Below, piece after piece: positions 16,829-26,661 of a DNA stretch of 64,000 bases. A program made the translations under genes and the position numbers. The notes under the pieces were generated by a model that saw nothing but the letters and a program-made list of their open reading frames with translations, did not search any database and was not told the DNA's origin. Source of the DNA: Gaiella sp. Its GTDB lineage: Bacteria; Actinomycetota; Thermoleophilia; Gaiellales; Gaiellaceae. The DNA is taken from the NCBI GenBank assembly GCA_036406535.1, contig DASXAW010000122.1, positions 231 to 64,230 of the forward strand, read 5' to 3'. How positions within the stretch are numbered: the stretch's first letter is position 1; the number at the start of each line of letters is the position of its first letter.

Positions 16829-18181
16829 GTGAGCGGCCAGGAGGCGACATCGACGACCGGCGTGGGGGGCGTGGAGCCACGCGCCGCGAGGGACGGTGGA
16901 CCGGCGACGACGCAGTACGAGATCGCGATCGTCGGAGCCGGCTACGTGGGCGTGCCGCTCGCGCAGGTCTTCGCCGAGGCCGGTCGCAAGGTCGTCCTCG
17001 TCGACGTCGACGAGGGTCGTGTCGCGCGGCTGCGCCGCGGCGAGAGCTACATCGAGGACGTCCCGTCGGAGACGCTCGGACGGCTGGTCCAGGAGCACGG
17101 CCTCGGAGCGACGACAGACTACGACGTCCTCCGCGACGTCGACGCGATTCTGATCGCCCTCCCGACGCCGCTGACCCGCCAGCGCGAGCCCGACCTCACG
17201 ATCGTCCTCGGTGCGGGCCGCGAGATCGGGCGGCGGCTCCGTCCCGGCCAGCTCGTCGTGCTCGAGTCGACGACGTACCCGGGCACGACGCGCGAGGAGC
17301 TCCTGCCGATCCTCGAGCGCGAGTCCGGCCTCGTCGCAGGCAGAGACTTCCACGTCGCGTTCTCGCCGGAGCGCGTCGACCCGGGGCGGGTCGACTGGAC
17401 GACGAAGACGGTGCCCAAGGTCGTCGGTGGGATCGACGATGCCTCGACCGAGGCGGCGGCGGCGCTGTACCTCTCGGCGGTCGACGAGGTGCACCGTGTC
17501 TCGTCGCCCGACGCCGCCGAGCTGACGAAGCTCCTCGAGAACATCTTCCGCTCCGTCAACATCGCGCTCGTCAACGAGCTCGCGCAGCTCTGCGACCGGA
17601 TGGAGATCGACATCTGGGAGGTCGTCGACGCGGCCGCGACGAAGCCCTTCGGCTTCATGCCCTTCCAGCCCGGGCCCGGCCTCGGCGGTCACTGCATCCC
17701 GATCGACCCCTTCTACCTCACGTGGAAGGCGCGGGAGTTCGACTTCTCGACGCGGTTTATCGAGCTCGCGGGCGAGGTCAACCAGAACATGCCGTATTAC
17801 TGCCGCTCGCGCGTCTCGCAGGCGCTCAACCACGGCGCACGGAAATCGGTCGCGGGCGCGCGGATCCTCGTTCTCGGTGTCGCCTACAAGGCGGACATCG
17901 CCGACTGGCGGGAGTCGCCGGCGGTGAAGGTGATCGCGCTTTTGCAGAACGCCGGCGCGACCGTCGCGTACCACGACCCGCACGTGCCTTCGTTCGCCGC
18001 GGACGGGATCGCGCTCGAGTCCGTGCCGCTCGCGCCCACCGAGTACGACGTGGTCGTCATCGCGACGGCCCACTCCGGAATCGACTACGCGCAGCTGGTC
18101 GCCGAGGCGAGCCTCGTCGTCGACCTCAGGAACGCGACCGGCCGCGCCGGCATCACGAGCGAGAAGGTCTGGAAGCTTTGA
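16829..18181 (+). CDS. UDP-N-acetylhexosamine 6-dehydrogenase (WbpA/WecC family)
   Basis: GAGYVG, ESTTYPG, FSPER, KLLEN, GGHCIPIDP, GVAYK, RESP. Confidence 0.92.
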   Translation: MSGQEATSTTGVGGVEPRAARDGGPATTQYEIAIVGAGYVGVPLAQVFAEAGRKVVLVDVDEGRVARLRRGESYIEDVPSETLGRLVQEHGLGATTDYDVLRDVDAILIALPTPLTRQREPDLTIVLGAGREIGRRLRPGQLVVLESTTYPGTTREELLPILERESGLVAGRDFHVAFSPERVDPGRVDWTTKTVPKVVGGIDDASTEAAAALYLSAVDEVHRVSSPDAAELTKLLENIFRSVNIALVNELAQLCDRMEIDIWEVVDAAATKPFGFMPFQPGPGLGGHCIPIDPFYLTWKAREFDFSTRFIELAGEVNQNMPYYCRSRVSQALNHGARKSVAGARILVLGVAYKADIADWRESPAVKVIALLQNAGATVAYHDPHVPSFAADGIALESVPLAPTEYDVVVIATAHSGIDYAQLVAEASLVVDLRNATGRAGITSEKVWKL

Positions 18182-19152
18182 TCCGCGTCGCCCACGCGGG
18201 CGTCGGCGGCTGGGGGAGGAACGTCGCGCGGGTCGTCGGCGAGCTCGCGGAGCTGCGGTGGATCTGCGACCTCGACGAGACGCGGCTCGAGGAGTATGCG
18301 AAGCGCTACCCGGAGGCGCGCACGACGACGTCGTTCGACGACGCGCTCGCCGACGAGCAGGTCGAGGCCGTGACGATCGCGACGCCCGTGCCGACCCACT
18401 ACGCGATCGCCAAGCAGGCGCTCGAAGCCGGCAAGCACGTCTTCGTCGAGAAGCCTCCCGCGATGCGCGCCGAGGAGATGGAGGAGCTCCTCGCGCTCGC
18501 CCGGGAGCGCGACCTCGTGCTCATGCCGGGCCACCTCCTGCTCTACCACCCCGGGCTTCGGCAGGTGAAGGAGCTCGTCGACGCGGGCGAGCTCGGTGAG
18601 GTCGCGTGCGTCTACGGGAACCGCCAGAACCTCGGCGTGATCCGCTCGAACGAGAACGCACTGTGGTCGCTCGGCGTCCACGACCTCTCGGTGATCCTCT
18701 GGCTGCTCGGCGAGGAGCCGACCGAGGCGGTCGCGTACGGGATGGACTACCTCCAGGAGGGGATCGAGGACGTCGTGTTCTGCTTCCTCCGCTTCCCGTC
18801 CGGGAAGGTCGCGCACATGCACCTCTCGTGGCTCGACCCGCACAAGATGCGGAAGATGACCGTGGTCGGGCGCGAGAAGATGGTCGTCTTCGACGACATG
18901 GAGCTCGAGCGCAAGGTCACCGTCTACGAGAAGGCGCCGTGGGAGCCCGCCGAGAGCTACGGCGAGTGGCGTACGCGGACGGGCGACATCTACAGCCCCA
19001 AGATCGCGAACGACGAGCCGCTCCGCCTGGAGCTCCAGCACTTCCTCGCGCTCGTCCGCGAGGGGCCCGGGGACCACCGCGAGGCGCGCGACGGGCTCGC
19101 GGTCGTCCGGGCACTCGACCGCTTGACCGAGAGCCTCCGCGATGGCCGCTGA
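18178..19152 (+). CDS. Gfo/Idh/MocA oxidoreductase (WbpB-like)
   Basis: TTG 18178 overlaps the upstream stop; GVGGWG, HVFVEKP, HDLS. Confidence 0.85.
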   Translation: MIRVAHAGVGGWGRNVARVVGELAELRWICDLDETRLEEYAKRYPEARTTTSFDDALADEQVEAVTIATPVPTHYAIAKQALEAGKHVFVEKPPAMRAEEMEELLALARERDLVLMPGHLLLYHPGLRQVKELVDAGELGEVACVYGNRQNLGVIRSNENALWSLGVHDLSVILWLLGEEPTEAVAYGMDYLQEGIEDVVFCFLRFPSGKVAHMHLSWLDPHKMRKMTVVGREKMVVFDDMELERKVTVYEKAPWEPAESYGEWRTRTGDIYSPKIANDEPLRLELQHFLALVREGPGDHREARDGLAVVRALDRLTESLRDGR

Positions 19153-19798
19153 GGTCCACCCGACCGCGGTCGTCCATCCCGGGACGGTGCTCGGGGACGG
19201 GGTCAAGGTGCTCGAGCACGCGGTCGTGGGGAAGCAGCCGACGCTCTCGCCCCGCTCGACCGCGAGACGTGAGCCGCTCGCGCCGGCCGTGGTCGGCGAC
19301 GGAACCGTGATCTCGACCGGCGCGATCGTGTTCGCCGGCTCGATGCTCGGCGCGCGCGTGATCGTGGGCGACCAGGCGTGCGTGCGGGAGCGTGTTGCGA
19401 TCGCCGACGACGTCGTGATCGGGCGGGGCGCCCTCGTCGAGAACGACACGACGATCGGCGCCCGCACGCGGATCCAGGCCGACGCCTACGTGACGGCGTA
19501 CTCGACGCTCGAGGAGGACGTGTTCGTCGCGCCGTGCGTCGTCACCACGAACGACAACTTCATGGGTCGCACGGAGCAGCGGCTCGCCGCGATGAAGGGC
19601 CCGACGATCCGCCGCGGCGCCCGTGTCGGCGGCGGCGCGATCCTCTGTCCGGGGATCGAGGTCGGCGAGGAGGCATTCGTGGGCGCCGGCGCGGTCGTCA
19701 CGAAGGACGTCCCGGCGCGGAAGGTCGTCGTGGGAAGCCCGGCGCGCGTCCTCCGCGACGTTCCGGACGAGGAGCTCCTCGGGCCGGCGCCCGCCTAG
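19142..19798 (+). CDS. Hexapeptide-repeat N-acetyltransferase (WbpD/WlbB-like)
   Basis: Left-handed beta-helix repeats; TND; VGAGAVVTKDVP...VVGSPAR. Confidence 0.85.
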   Translation: MAAEVHPTAVVHPGTVLGDGVKVLEHAVVGKQPTLSPRSTARREPLAPAVVGDGTVISTGAIVFAGSMLGARVIVGDQACVRERVAIADDVVIGRGALVENDTTIGARTRIQADAYVTAYSTLEEDVFVAPCVVTTNDNFMGRTEQRLAAMKGPTIRRGARVGGGAILCPGIEVGEEAFVGAGAVVTKDVPARKVVVGSPARVLRDVPDEELLGPAPA

Positions 19799-21453
19799 CC
19801 GACGCGGACGAGCGACAGCCGGTACGCCACCGGTTCGTACGTCGCCTCGGTGAGGCGCACCTGAAGGTGGTACCAGCCTTCCTGCGGCGCCGTGTAGGCG
19901 AGCCGCTCGCGGCGCCCGGGCCGGGTCGAGGCCCGGAGGCGGAGATCCTGGCGCGCGAGGTCGGTGACGGACACCGTCGACGGCTGCCAGAGCGCGAGCG
20001 CCACGTGGTTCGAGCTCGCGGGCACGAGCGAGACGAACAGCCGGTCGCCGGCGCGAAGCCGGATCGAGTAGACGTCGTCCTGGTCGTCCCAGAAGTCGAC
20101 CGACGCACGAACGAAGCGCGCCTTGGCGCCCGCCTGAAAGTAGAGGCGGTACGCGTCGGGCCCTGCGTCGTCGTTCGGCTCGTACGCGTCGCGCGGGGGC
20201 AGCGGGCGGTCGAGCGCGGAGATCGCCGCGGCGACGTCCAGCTCGCCCCAGCCGGTGAGGGGGTCGCGGCCGGGGTCGCAGCGACGGCAGCCCGACGAGG
20301 CGGAGGCGTCGTCCGCGTTGCGCTCGATCAGCGCGATCACCTGCTCCGGCCTGAGCGAGGGCCGGACGCCGAGGAGGTCCGCTGCGGCCGCCGTCGCCTG
20401 CGGCGCGGCGAACGACGTGCCCTCGGGCGGCCTGAACTGGTCGGTCGCGCACGGCGTGTAGCCCTGGTCCTGGCACTCGGGACGGACGGCGGTGAGCTTT
20501 CGCGGGAAGGTCGAGAAGATGTCCTCCCCCGGCGCCGCGACGTCGTTGTAGACGGCGTCGCGGTTCGAGAACGCCGGCGACGCGCCGCTTCGCCCGAGCG
20601 CGCTCACCCCCAGCACGTGCGGCAGCGCAGCCGGGTAGCTCGCGAAGCGCCACGGAGCCCTGGGAGCCTGGTCGGCGTTGCCGACCGCCGCGACCACGAC
20701 CACGCCGTGATGGACCGCGTAGGCGATCGCCTGCTGCTCGAGCCGCGAGTACGTGTCGCGGCTCGGGTCGCTCGGATCGCGAAGGCCGCCGAGCGAGATG
20801 TTGACGACCCGTGCTCCGTGGTCGACCGCCCAGTGGATCGCCTTCGCCTCCGCCTCGACCGAGATCGTCCCGTTGTCCGCCACGACCTTCGCGACGAGCA
20901 GCTCCGCCCCGGGGGCGAGGCCGGCGATCCCCATCGAGTTCTCGAGCTCCGCGCCGATGATCCCCGCGACGATCGTCCCGTGGCCGCGGGTGTCCTGCGC
21001 GGTGCCCCCGACGAAGCTCCGGGCCGCGACGACTCGCGGCACGAGGTCGGGGTGCGAGAGGTCGATGCCGGAGTCGATCACCGCGACGCGCACCGACGCG
21101 AGCGGGGGGAGGATCTCCCAGGCGTCGTACGCGTGCGTGGCGGCGGTGTACCACTGCCTTGCCGCGAGCGGGTCGGTCGGGTTGAACGCGAGCCGCCGCA
21201 CGACCTCCGGCTCCACCCACGTGACGCCGGGGACCGGTCGCACCTGCGCGGGCCGCGCATCGACGGAGAGCGCGTGGAGCCCGGAGAGCACCTCCGCCCC
21301 ACGTCCCGTCGCACGCTCGACCGCGTCCGCCACGACGTGCGGATCGGCGCCGGGCTCGACGCCGGCGTACACGTGTCCTGCGGCGAGCGCCCGACCGGGA
21401 AAGACGAGGACGGCGACCGCCCCGATCAGCCCGAGGCGGGCGCGCCGGCTCAC
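19795..21453 (-). CDS. Secreted S8 subtilisin-like serine peptidase with C-terminal accessory domain
   Basis: Signal peptide; catalytic triad DSG, GHGT, GTSFAAP. Confidence 0.92.
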   Translation of the reverse strand: MSRRARLGLIGAVAVLVFPGRALAAGHVYAGVEPGADPHVVADAVERATGRGAEVLSGLHALSVDARPAQVRPVPGVTWVEPEVVRRLAFNPTDPLAARQWYTAATHAYDAWEILPPLASVRVAVIDSGIDLSHPDLVPRVVAARSFVGGTAQDTRGHGTIVAGIIGAELENSMGIAGLAPGAELLVAKVVADNGTISVEAEAKAIHWAVDHGARVVNISLGGLRDPSDPSRDTYSRLEQQAIAYAVHHGVVVVAAVGNADQAPRAPWRFASYPAALPHVLGVSALGRSGASPAFSNRDAVYNDVAAPGEDIFSTFPRKLTAVRPECQDQGYTPCATDQFRPPEGTSFAAPQATAAAADLLGVRPSLRPEQVIALIERNADDASASSGCRRCDPGRDPLTGWGELDVAAAISALDRPLPPRDAYEPNDDAGPDAYRLYFQAGAKARFVRASVDFWDDQDDVYSIRLRAGDRLFVSLVPASSNHVALALWQPSTVSVTDLARQDLRLRASTRPGRRERLAYTAPQEGWYHLQVRLTEATYEPVAYRLSLVRVG

Positions 21454-22820
21454 GCCGCGATCCGGACCGTCACCGCCGGCCCGGCGACACCGCCGGTGCT
21501 CAGGCGGTAGGACGTCGTCACAGCGGTCCGCACGCGCAGGGCGAACGTGCCGTCCGCCGTCGGCGCAACGCGGGCGACCTCCACCCAGTCACCGGCCTCC
21601 GTGCGGCGCTCGAGCGCCACGTCGGACACGTCGCGAGCCACCCCGGTGAGGCGCACGGCGCCGGCCGCGGTCGCGCCGGCAGGCCTGTCGAGACGCAGCG
21701 TGCCGAGGGTGAACTCGAGGGACTTGAGCCCGAGCCGGTTGCGCACGTCCGACAGCCGGCGCTCGGCAGTCGTGCCGGCGGTCGTCGTCACCTCGAGCGC
21801 AGCCGGTGCGCCGGGTGCCCCGGGCTCGTACGCGACGTCGGTCACCGCGCCGGCCAGGCCGAGGCGCCGGGCGAGCTGCTGCGCGCCGAGCACCCGTGTC
21901 TGCCAACGATGGTTCGGCGAGGCGTCGTCCCAGGGGTCGTCGACCGAGACGAGGTAGGGCACGTCCTGCCCGAAGGCGTCGAGTGCGCTCAACGTCTTGC
22001 CGCCGCTCGACGAGAAGTAGAACGTCTCCGCGGGCGCCCCGTCGTAGCTCAGCACCTGCCCGCGCGTCTCGGCGACTGCGCGGCTCGGCCCGGGCGCCTC
22101 GGCGTCGGCCCCATAGTAGATCTGGCTCCTCGCGTCGGAGTAGAGGTCGAAGTCGCGGTTCTTGACGAGGTTCGCCACCGCGTACGTCCGGGCGGCGACG
22201 GCCTGCGCCTTCAATGCGTCGAGCGGCCATTCCTTCGGCATCTCGCCGGGAACGACGCCGAGCAGGTACGTCTCGAGCGGGAGGACGTTCACGAGCTGGA
22301 GCTTCTTGCCCGACTTCAGGACCCGTAGCGCGCCGCGGTACGACTTGCCGCCGACGACGAGGGCTCCGCCGGCCGCCGGCCGCAGCGTGACCGGCTCGGC
22401 AAGCGGGGACGGGTCGGCGCCGTTGCCCGCCGTGCTCGGAAGCAGGAGCTTGGGGCCGAGCGCGAGCTGGCCGTCGACCTGGGCGTGCGCCCCCGCTGCA
22501 TCCGTCAGCGCGATCGCGCCCGCCGACGTGACCGAGATCGCGGGAAGCCCGTCCGCGACGAGCACGCGCACCTTGGACGGGACGGCGACCGGGGACTGCC
22601 CGAGGGTCGTGCCGGGGTAGTAGTGGTCGAGGATCGTGCGGTAGTCGCGCCCCGCCTTCGCCTGGCCGAACGCGCCCCACTGGCTCATGCCGACACCGTG
22701 GCCCCACCCGCCGCCGGCGAGGACGAACGCGGTGGGCTGCGGCGGCGCCGCGGTCGCAGACCCTGCGCCCCCCGCGACGCACGCGAGCGCGGCGGCGACG
22801 GTGGCGGCGAAGCGGCGCAT
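21450..22820 (-). CDS. SpoIID/LytB domain protein
   Basis: GWGHGVGMSQWGA, YLLGVVPGEMP, ALKAQAVAARTY. Confidence 0.9.
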   Translation of the reverse strand: MRRFAATVAAALACVAGGAGSATAAPPQPTAFVLAGGGWGHGVGMSQWGAFGQAKAGRDYRTILDHYYPGTTLGQSPVAVPSKVRVLVADGLPAISVTSAGAIALTDAAGAHAQVDGQLALGPKLLLPSTAGNGADPSPLAEPVTLRPAAGGALVVGGKSYRGALRVLKSGKKLQLVNVLPLETYLLGVVPGEMPKEWPLDALKAQAVAARTYAVANLVKNRDFDLYSDARSQIYYGADAEAPGPSRAVAETRGQVLSYDGAPAETFYFSSSGGKTLSALDAFGQDVPYLVSVDDPWDDASPNHRWQTRVLGAQQLARRLGLAGAVTDVAYEPGAPGAPAALEVTTTAGTTAERRLSDVRNRLGLKSLEFTLGTLRLDRPAGATAAGAVRLTGVARDVSDVALERRTEAGDWVEVARVAPTADGTFALRVRTAVTTSYRLSTGGVAGPAVTVRIAA

Positions 22821-22839
22821 GGTCGTCTTCCCGGCCGGG

Positions 22840-23829
22840 CTACGCCCCGAGCCGCTCCGCGTACTGCTCCTCGTAGTAGCGCCGGTACTCGCCGGACTTG
22901 ATCGGCTCCCACCAGGCGCGGTTCTCCCGGTACCAGTCGACGGTCCCCGGCAGGCCGCCCTCGCCGAAGGAGTGCTGCGGCTTCCAGCCGAGGGCCCGCA
23001 GCTTCGAGTCGTCGAGCGCGTACCGTCGGTCGTGCCCGGCCCTGTCCTCGACGTGCCGGACGAGCGCGGGGTCCGCGCCGGTCAGCTCGAGGATCCGGTG
23101 CGTCACCTCGAGGTTCACGTGCTCCTCGCCGCCGACGTTGTAGATCTCCCCAGGGGCGCCCTCGCGAAGGACGAGGTCGACGGCCGCGCAGTGATCCTCG
23201 GCGTGCAGCCACTCGCGCACCTGCTGGCCGTCGCCGTAGACGGGCAGTGCCTCTCCGTCGAGCGCGTTCGTGACGAAGAGCGGGACGAGCTTCTCCGGAT
23301 ACTGGTTGGGCCCGAAGGTGTTGGCGCCGCGGGTGATCGACGCGTTGACCCCGTAGGTGCGGACGTAGGCGAGCACCTGGAGGTCGCCGCCCGCCTTCGC
23401 CGCGCTGTAGGGGCTCGACGGCCGGAGCGGATCGCTCTCCGCCGATCGCCCGCCCGCCTCGAGGTCGCCGTAGACCTCGTCCGTCGAGACCTGGACGAAG
23501 CGCGCGTCGTTCGCCCTGGCCCAGTCGAGCAGCGTCATCGTGCCGAGCACGTCCGTGGAGACGAACTCCTTCGGCCCGAGGATCGAGCGGTCGACATGCG
23601 TCTCGGCGGCGAAGTTGACGATCGCGTCGCAGCCGGCCGCGGCCCGAGCCACCGCCTCCGGGTCGGCGATGTCGCCGACCACGAGCTCGGCTCCGGACCC
23701 CTCGAGGTTGGCGGGATTCCCCGCATAGGTCAGCTTGTCGAGCACGATCGCGGTGTCCCCGTGCGCGACGAGCTGCTTCACGAAGTGCGAGCCGATGAAC
23801 CCGGCGCCGCCGGTGACGAGCACGCGCAT
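22840..23829 (-). CDS. rmlB: dTDP-glucose 4,6-dehydratase
   Basis: GGAGFIG, DKLTYAG, AAETHVDRS, STDEVYG, PYSAAK, GHDRRY. Confidence 0.95.
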   Translation of the reverse strand: MRVLVTGGAGFIGSHFVKQLVAHGDTAIVLDKLTYAGNPANLEGSGAELVVGDIADPEAVARAAAGCDAIVNFAAETHVDRSILGPKEFVSTDVLGTMTLLDWARANDARFVQVSTDEVYGDLEAGGRSAESDPLRPSSPYSAAKAGGDLQVLAYVRTYGVNASITRGANTFGPNQYPEKLVPLFVTNALDGEALPVYGDGQQVREWLHAEDHCAAVDLVLREGAPGEIYNVGGEEHVNLEVTHRILELTGADPALVRHVEDRAGHDRRYALDDSKLRALGWKPQHSFGEGGLPGTVDWYRENRAWWEPIKSGEYRRYYEEQYAERLGA

Positions 23830-23847
23830 CCGCAGAAGCGTAGTCGA

Positions 23848-23873
23848 CGTGGGGGAACCCCCGGTTCCCCACG
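23848..23873. repeat. REP-like palindrome GGGGAACC-N3-GGTTCCCC
   Basis: CGTGGGGGAACC-CCC-GGTTCCCCACG inverted repeat between rmlD and rmlB; related copy at 45838. Confidence 0.55.
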
Positions 23874-23880
23874 AGGCCCC

Positions 23881-24711
23881 TCAGAGAACGTTGGCGAGGC
23901 AGGCGCGCAGGCCGTCCCGCCAGTGCGGGAGGGTCGGCGCTCCCTTCTCGCTCCGGAGCACCGAATACGCGGGCCGCGGCGCCTTGGCGCCGAACTCCGC
24001 GCTCGTGATCGGCCGCACCCGGCACTCGAGCCCTGCATCCGCGAAGACGGCCTGCGCCAGCTCCGCCCAGGTGCACTCCCCGTCCGCCGCCAGGTGCCAT
24101 ACCCCGAAGGGCGCGTCCAGCGCGACGAGCGTGCGCGTCGCCTCGGCGAGATGCCCCACGTAGGTCGGGCAGCCCCGCTGGTCGGCGACGACGGCGACCT
24201 CGTCGCGCTCGGCGCCGAGGCGCAGCATCGTCCGCACGAAGTTGTGCCCGGTCTCGGAGAAGAGCCAGGAGGAGCGCACGACCCACGCGCGCTCGCCGGC
24301 GGCAGCCTCACCGTGGAGCTTCGTCCGCCCGTAGGCGGATCGCGGCCTGGGCGAATCGGACTCGACGTAGGGGGTCGTCTTCGTCCCGTCGAAGACGTAA
24401 TCCGACGAGTACGCGACGAGCGGCGCCCCGAGCGCGGCGGCATGCGCCGTCCCCCCGACGTTGGCGGCCGACGCCCCCTGCGGGTCGTCCTCGGCGCCGT
24501 CCACGTCGGTCCACGCAGCGGCGTGGAGGACAAGGCCGGGGGCCCAGGGAAGCGGCGGCGGCTCGTCGCGGACGTCCCAGCCCCGCCGGTCGAGCGCGAG
24601 CACCTCGTCGTCGGCGAACACCCGGGCGAGCGCCGTCCCGAGCTGCCCGCCGGCCCCCGTGATCAGGGTGCGGCGTCGCGTTCCGACAGGGTCGGTGTCG
24701 TGGTGCTCCAC
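23881..24711 (-). CDS. rmlD: dTDP-4-dehydrorhamnose reductase
   Basis: LITGAGGQLG, AAWTDVD, SSDYVFDG, YGRTK, DQRGCPT, APRP. Start is GTG 24711 or CTG 24666. Confidence 0.93.
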   Translation of the reverse strand: MEHHDTDPVGTRRRTLITGAGGQLGTALARVFADDEVLALDRRGWDVRDEPPPLPWAPGLVLHAAAWTDVDGAEDDPQGASAANVGGTAHAAALGAPLVAYSSDYVFDGTKTTPYVESDSPRPRSAYGRTKLHGEAAAGERAWVVRSSWLFSETGHNFVRTMLRLGAERDEVAVVADQRGCPTYVGHLAEATRTLVALDAPFGVWHLAADGECTWAELAQAVFADAGLECRVRPITSAEFGAKAPRPAYSVLRSEKGAPTLPHWRDGLRACLANVL

Positions 24712-25127
24712 AGGTGCGCGACGCGCGGGTCGTTCCACGGGATCCCGTGCTCGTCGGGATCTGCCGGGTCGTACTCCTCCGTCACGTGGTAGCTGAACAG
24801 GACGTCCGTGAGGGCCTCGAAGCCGTGGGCATGCCGGCCGGGCACGTAGATCGCCGCGGGGTTGTCGTCGCCGATGTCCTCCGTGAAGGCCTCGCCGGTC
24901 TCGCGGTCGAGGACGACGACCCGCGCCATGCCCTGCAGGCAGACGAAGAGGTCGTCCTGGCCGCGCTCGTGGAAGTGGAGACCGCGGATCACTCCGGCGC
25001 GCGAGAAGCTGAGGTTCGTCTGCACCATGCGGCGCGGGAGCGCGCTGTCGCGGCGGAGCTCGCAGAACCACCCGCGCTCGTCCTCGAACCGCCGCAGTGG
25101 GATCTTCCGGACCCCCTCGACGCTCAT
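24663..25127 (-). CDS. rmlC: dTDP-4-dehydrorhamnose 3,5-epimerase
   Basis: DERGWF, QTNLSFS, IRGLHF, AHGF, WNDP. Confidence 0.92.
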   Translation of the reverse strand: MSVEGVRKIPLRRFEDERGWFCELRRDSALPRRMVQTNLSFSRAGVIRGLHFHERGQDDLFVCLQGMARVVVLDRETGEAFTEDIGDDNPAAIYVPGRHAHGFEALTDVLFSYHVTEEYDPADPDEHGIPWNDPRVAHLWSTTTPTLSERDAAP

Positions 25128-25900
25128 CCGTTCGCCCCGGTCTCCTCGACGAGGCGTCCGATCTCCGCCAGGTGCCGCCAGTGCTTGCCCGCGTCCTCCC
25201 ACCAGCCCTCGACCTCGACCACGTCCAGGCGCCCTTCGAGCGCGTAGTGGCGGTTCACGTCCGTGATCTCGAGCTCCCCGCGACTCGACGGCTCGAGCGC
25301 CTCGATCACGTCGAAGACGTCGGGCGGGAAGCAGTAGAGGCCGACGACCGCGTGCGGAGACGGAGGCTCCGTGTACCGCGTGTCGACGACGCCCGCCTTC
25401 TCGACGATGTCGGTCACGCGCCCGTCGCCGTCGTAGACGACCACGCCGAAGTTCTCGGGGTCGGGCACCTCCTTGACGAAGATCTGCGCCCGGTCCGAGC
25501 GCTTCGCCCAGGCGCCGATCGCCGCGGACTGGGCGTGCTCGAAGATGTTGTCGCCGAGCACGACGACGAGGTTCTCACCCTGGGCGAAGTCGCGTGCCAT
25601 GCCGACCACCTGCGCGATCCCGCCGGGCTGCGTCTGGACCTTGTAGGTGAGCTCGAGCGAGATCAGCGCGCTCTCGGTCCCTCGCGCGTCGAGGCGCCCG
25701 TCGCCGAGGAGGTCGATCATCTGGCCCGCGTGGCCCTTCCCGGTCACGACCAGCACGCTCTGGACGCCGGCGCGTTCCAGGAGCTGGAGCGGGTAGTAGA
25801 TCATCGGCCAGCTGCCTACCGGCAGCAGGTGCTTGTTCGCGACGCGCGTGAGCTCCCCGAGCCGCGTCGCCTCCCCACCTGCGCAGACGAGTCCCTTCAT
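25124..25900 (-). CDS. rmlA: Glucose-1-phosphate thymidylyltransferase
   Basis: AGGEATRL, NKHLLPV, LGDN, VEK, SSRGELEITD, WEDAG. Confidence 0.88.
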   Translation of the reverse strand: MKGLVCAGGEATRLGELTRVANKHLLPVGSWPMIYYPLQLLERAGVQSVLVVTGKGHAGQMIDLLGDGRLDARGTESALISLELTYKVQTQPGGIAQVVGMARDFAQGENLVVVLGDNIFEHAQSAAIGAWAKRSDRAQIFVKEVPDPENFGVVVYDGDGRVTDIVEKAGVVDTRYTEPPSPHAVVGLYCFPPDVFDVIEALEPSSRGELEITDVNRHYALEGRLDVVEVEGWWEDAGKHWRHLAEIGRLVEETGANG

Positions 25901-25936
25901 GACGCGCGATCGTACTCGCGGGCGGCGTCGTTGGGT

Positions 25937-26077
25937 TCAGCGTCCCGTGCGGCGCGCCCGCGCCTCGGCCTTCCTCCGGCGGACGCCCGGGACCGCCCGC
26001 ACCGCGGCGATCCAGACGTACCCGACCGCGGCGACCGCCGCACCGAACCCCAGAGCGATCCGCGTCACGATCCGCAC
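25937..26077 (-). CDS. Small 46-aa single-TM protein
   Basis: Manual translation MRIVTRIALGFGAAVAAVGYVWIAAVRAVPGVRRRKAEARARRTGR; TAGGCT 6 nt upstream of GTG. Confidence 0.6.
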   Translation of the reverse strand: MRIVTRIALGFGAAVAAVGYVWIAAVRAVPGVRRRKAEARARRTGR

Positions 26078-26148
26078 GACCGAAGCCTAGAGACTTGCGG
26101 GCGGGGTAATACTTCACGGAATCCTCCCGAGACGAAAGGACGGCCGCG

Positions 26149-26661
26149 ATGGCGAAGAAGCAAGCGGCGAAGATGGCCGACACGTTCGAGACGATCAAGC
26201 CGTATCTCGAGCGCGCGCTGACCGACGAAGAGTTCCGACAGGACCTGAAGGACGCCATGTCCGCAGCGCGGGAGCTCTACGGCCCGCTGACGAAGAGCAA
26301 CGGCGTGGCCGCGGGCGCGAAGACGCTTGCGACCGACAAGAAGGCGCAGGAGCACATGCGCCGCGCGCTCGAGGACCTGACGAGCGCGGCCAACACCCTT
26401 CAGGGCTCGAAGAAGAAGAGCCACAAGGGGCGCAAGATGCTGATCCTCGCGGGCATCGTCGCGGGCGCGCTCTACAACCCGTGGACCGGGCCGCAGACCC
26501 GCGAGAAGCTGCTCGACATGATCGCGGGCAGCGACGACCTCGAGCCGCTCGAGACGTACGCCGCGCCGGACGCGGCGCCGCCCGTGAACGGCGGTCCGAC
26601 CGAGCCGGCCGAGGAGGCCCCGGCCGCCGCCGCGAAGGGCACGAGGGCCGCGAAGAGCTAG
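26149..26661 (+). CDS. Hypothetical protein with one hydrophobic segment
   Basis: SD GAAAGGA; host-like codon usage; Lys/Ala-rich helical sequence. Confidence 0.75.
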   Translation: MAKKQAAKMADTFETIKPYLERALTDEEFRQDLKDAMSAARELYGPLTKSNGVAAGAKTLATDKKAQEHMRRALEDLTSAANTLQGSKKKSHKGRKMLILAGIVAGALYNPWTGPQTREKLLDMIAGSDDLEPLETYAAPDAAPPVNGGPTEPAEEAPAAAAKGTRAAKS

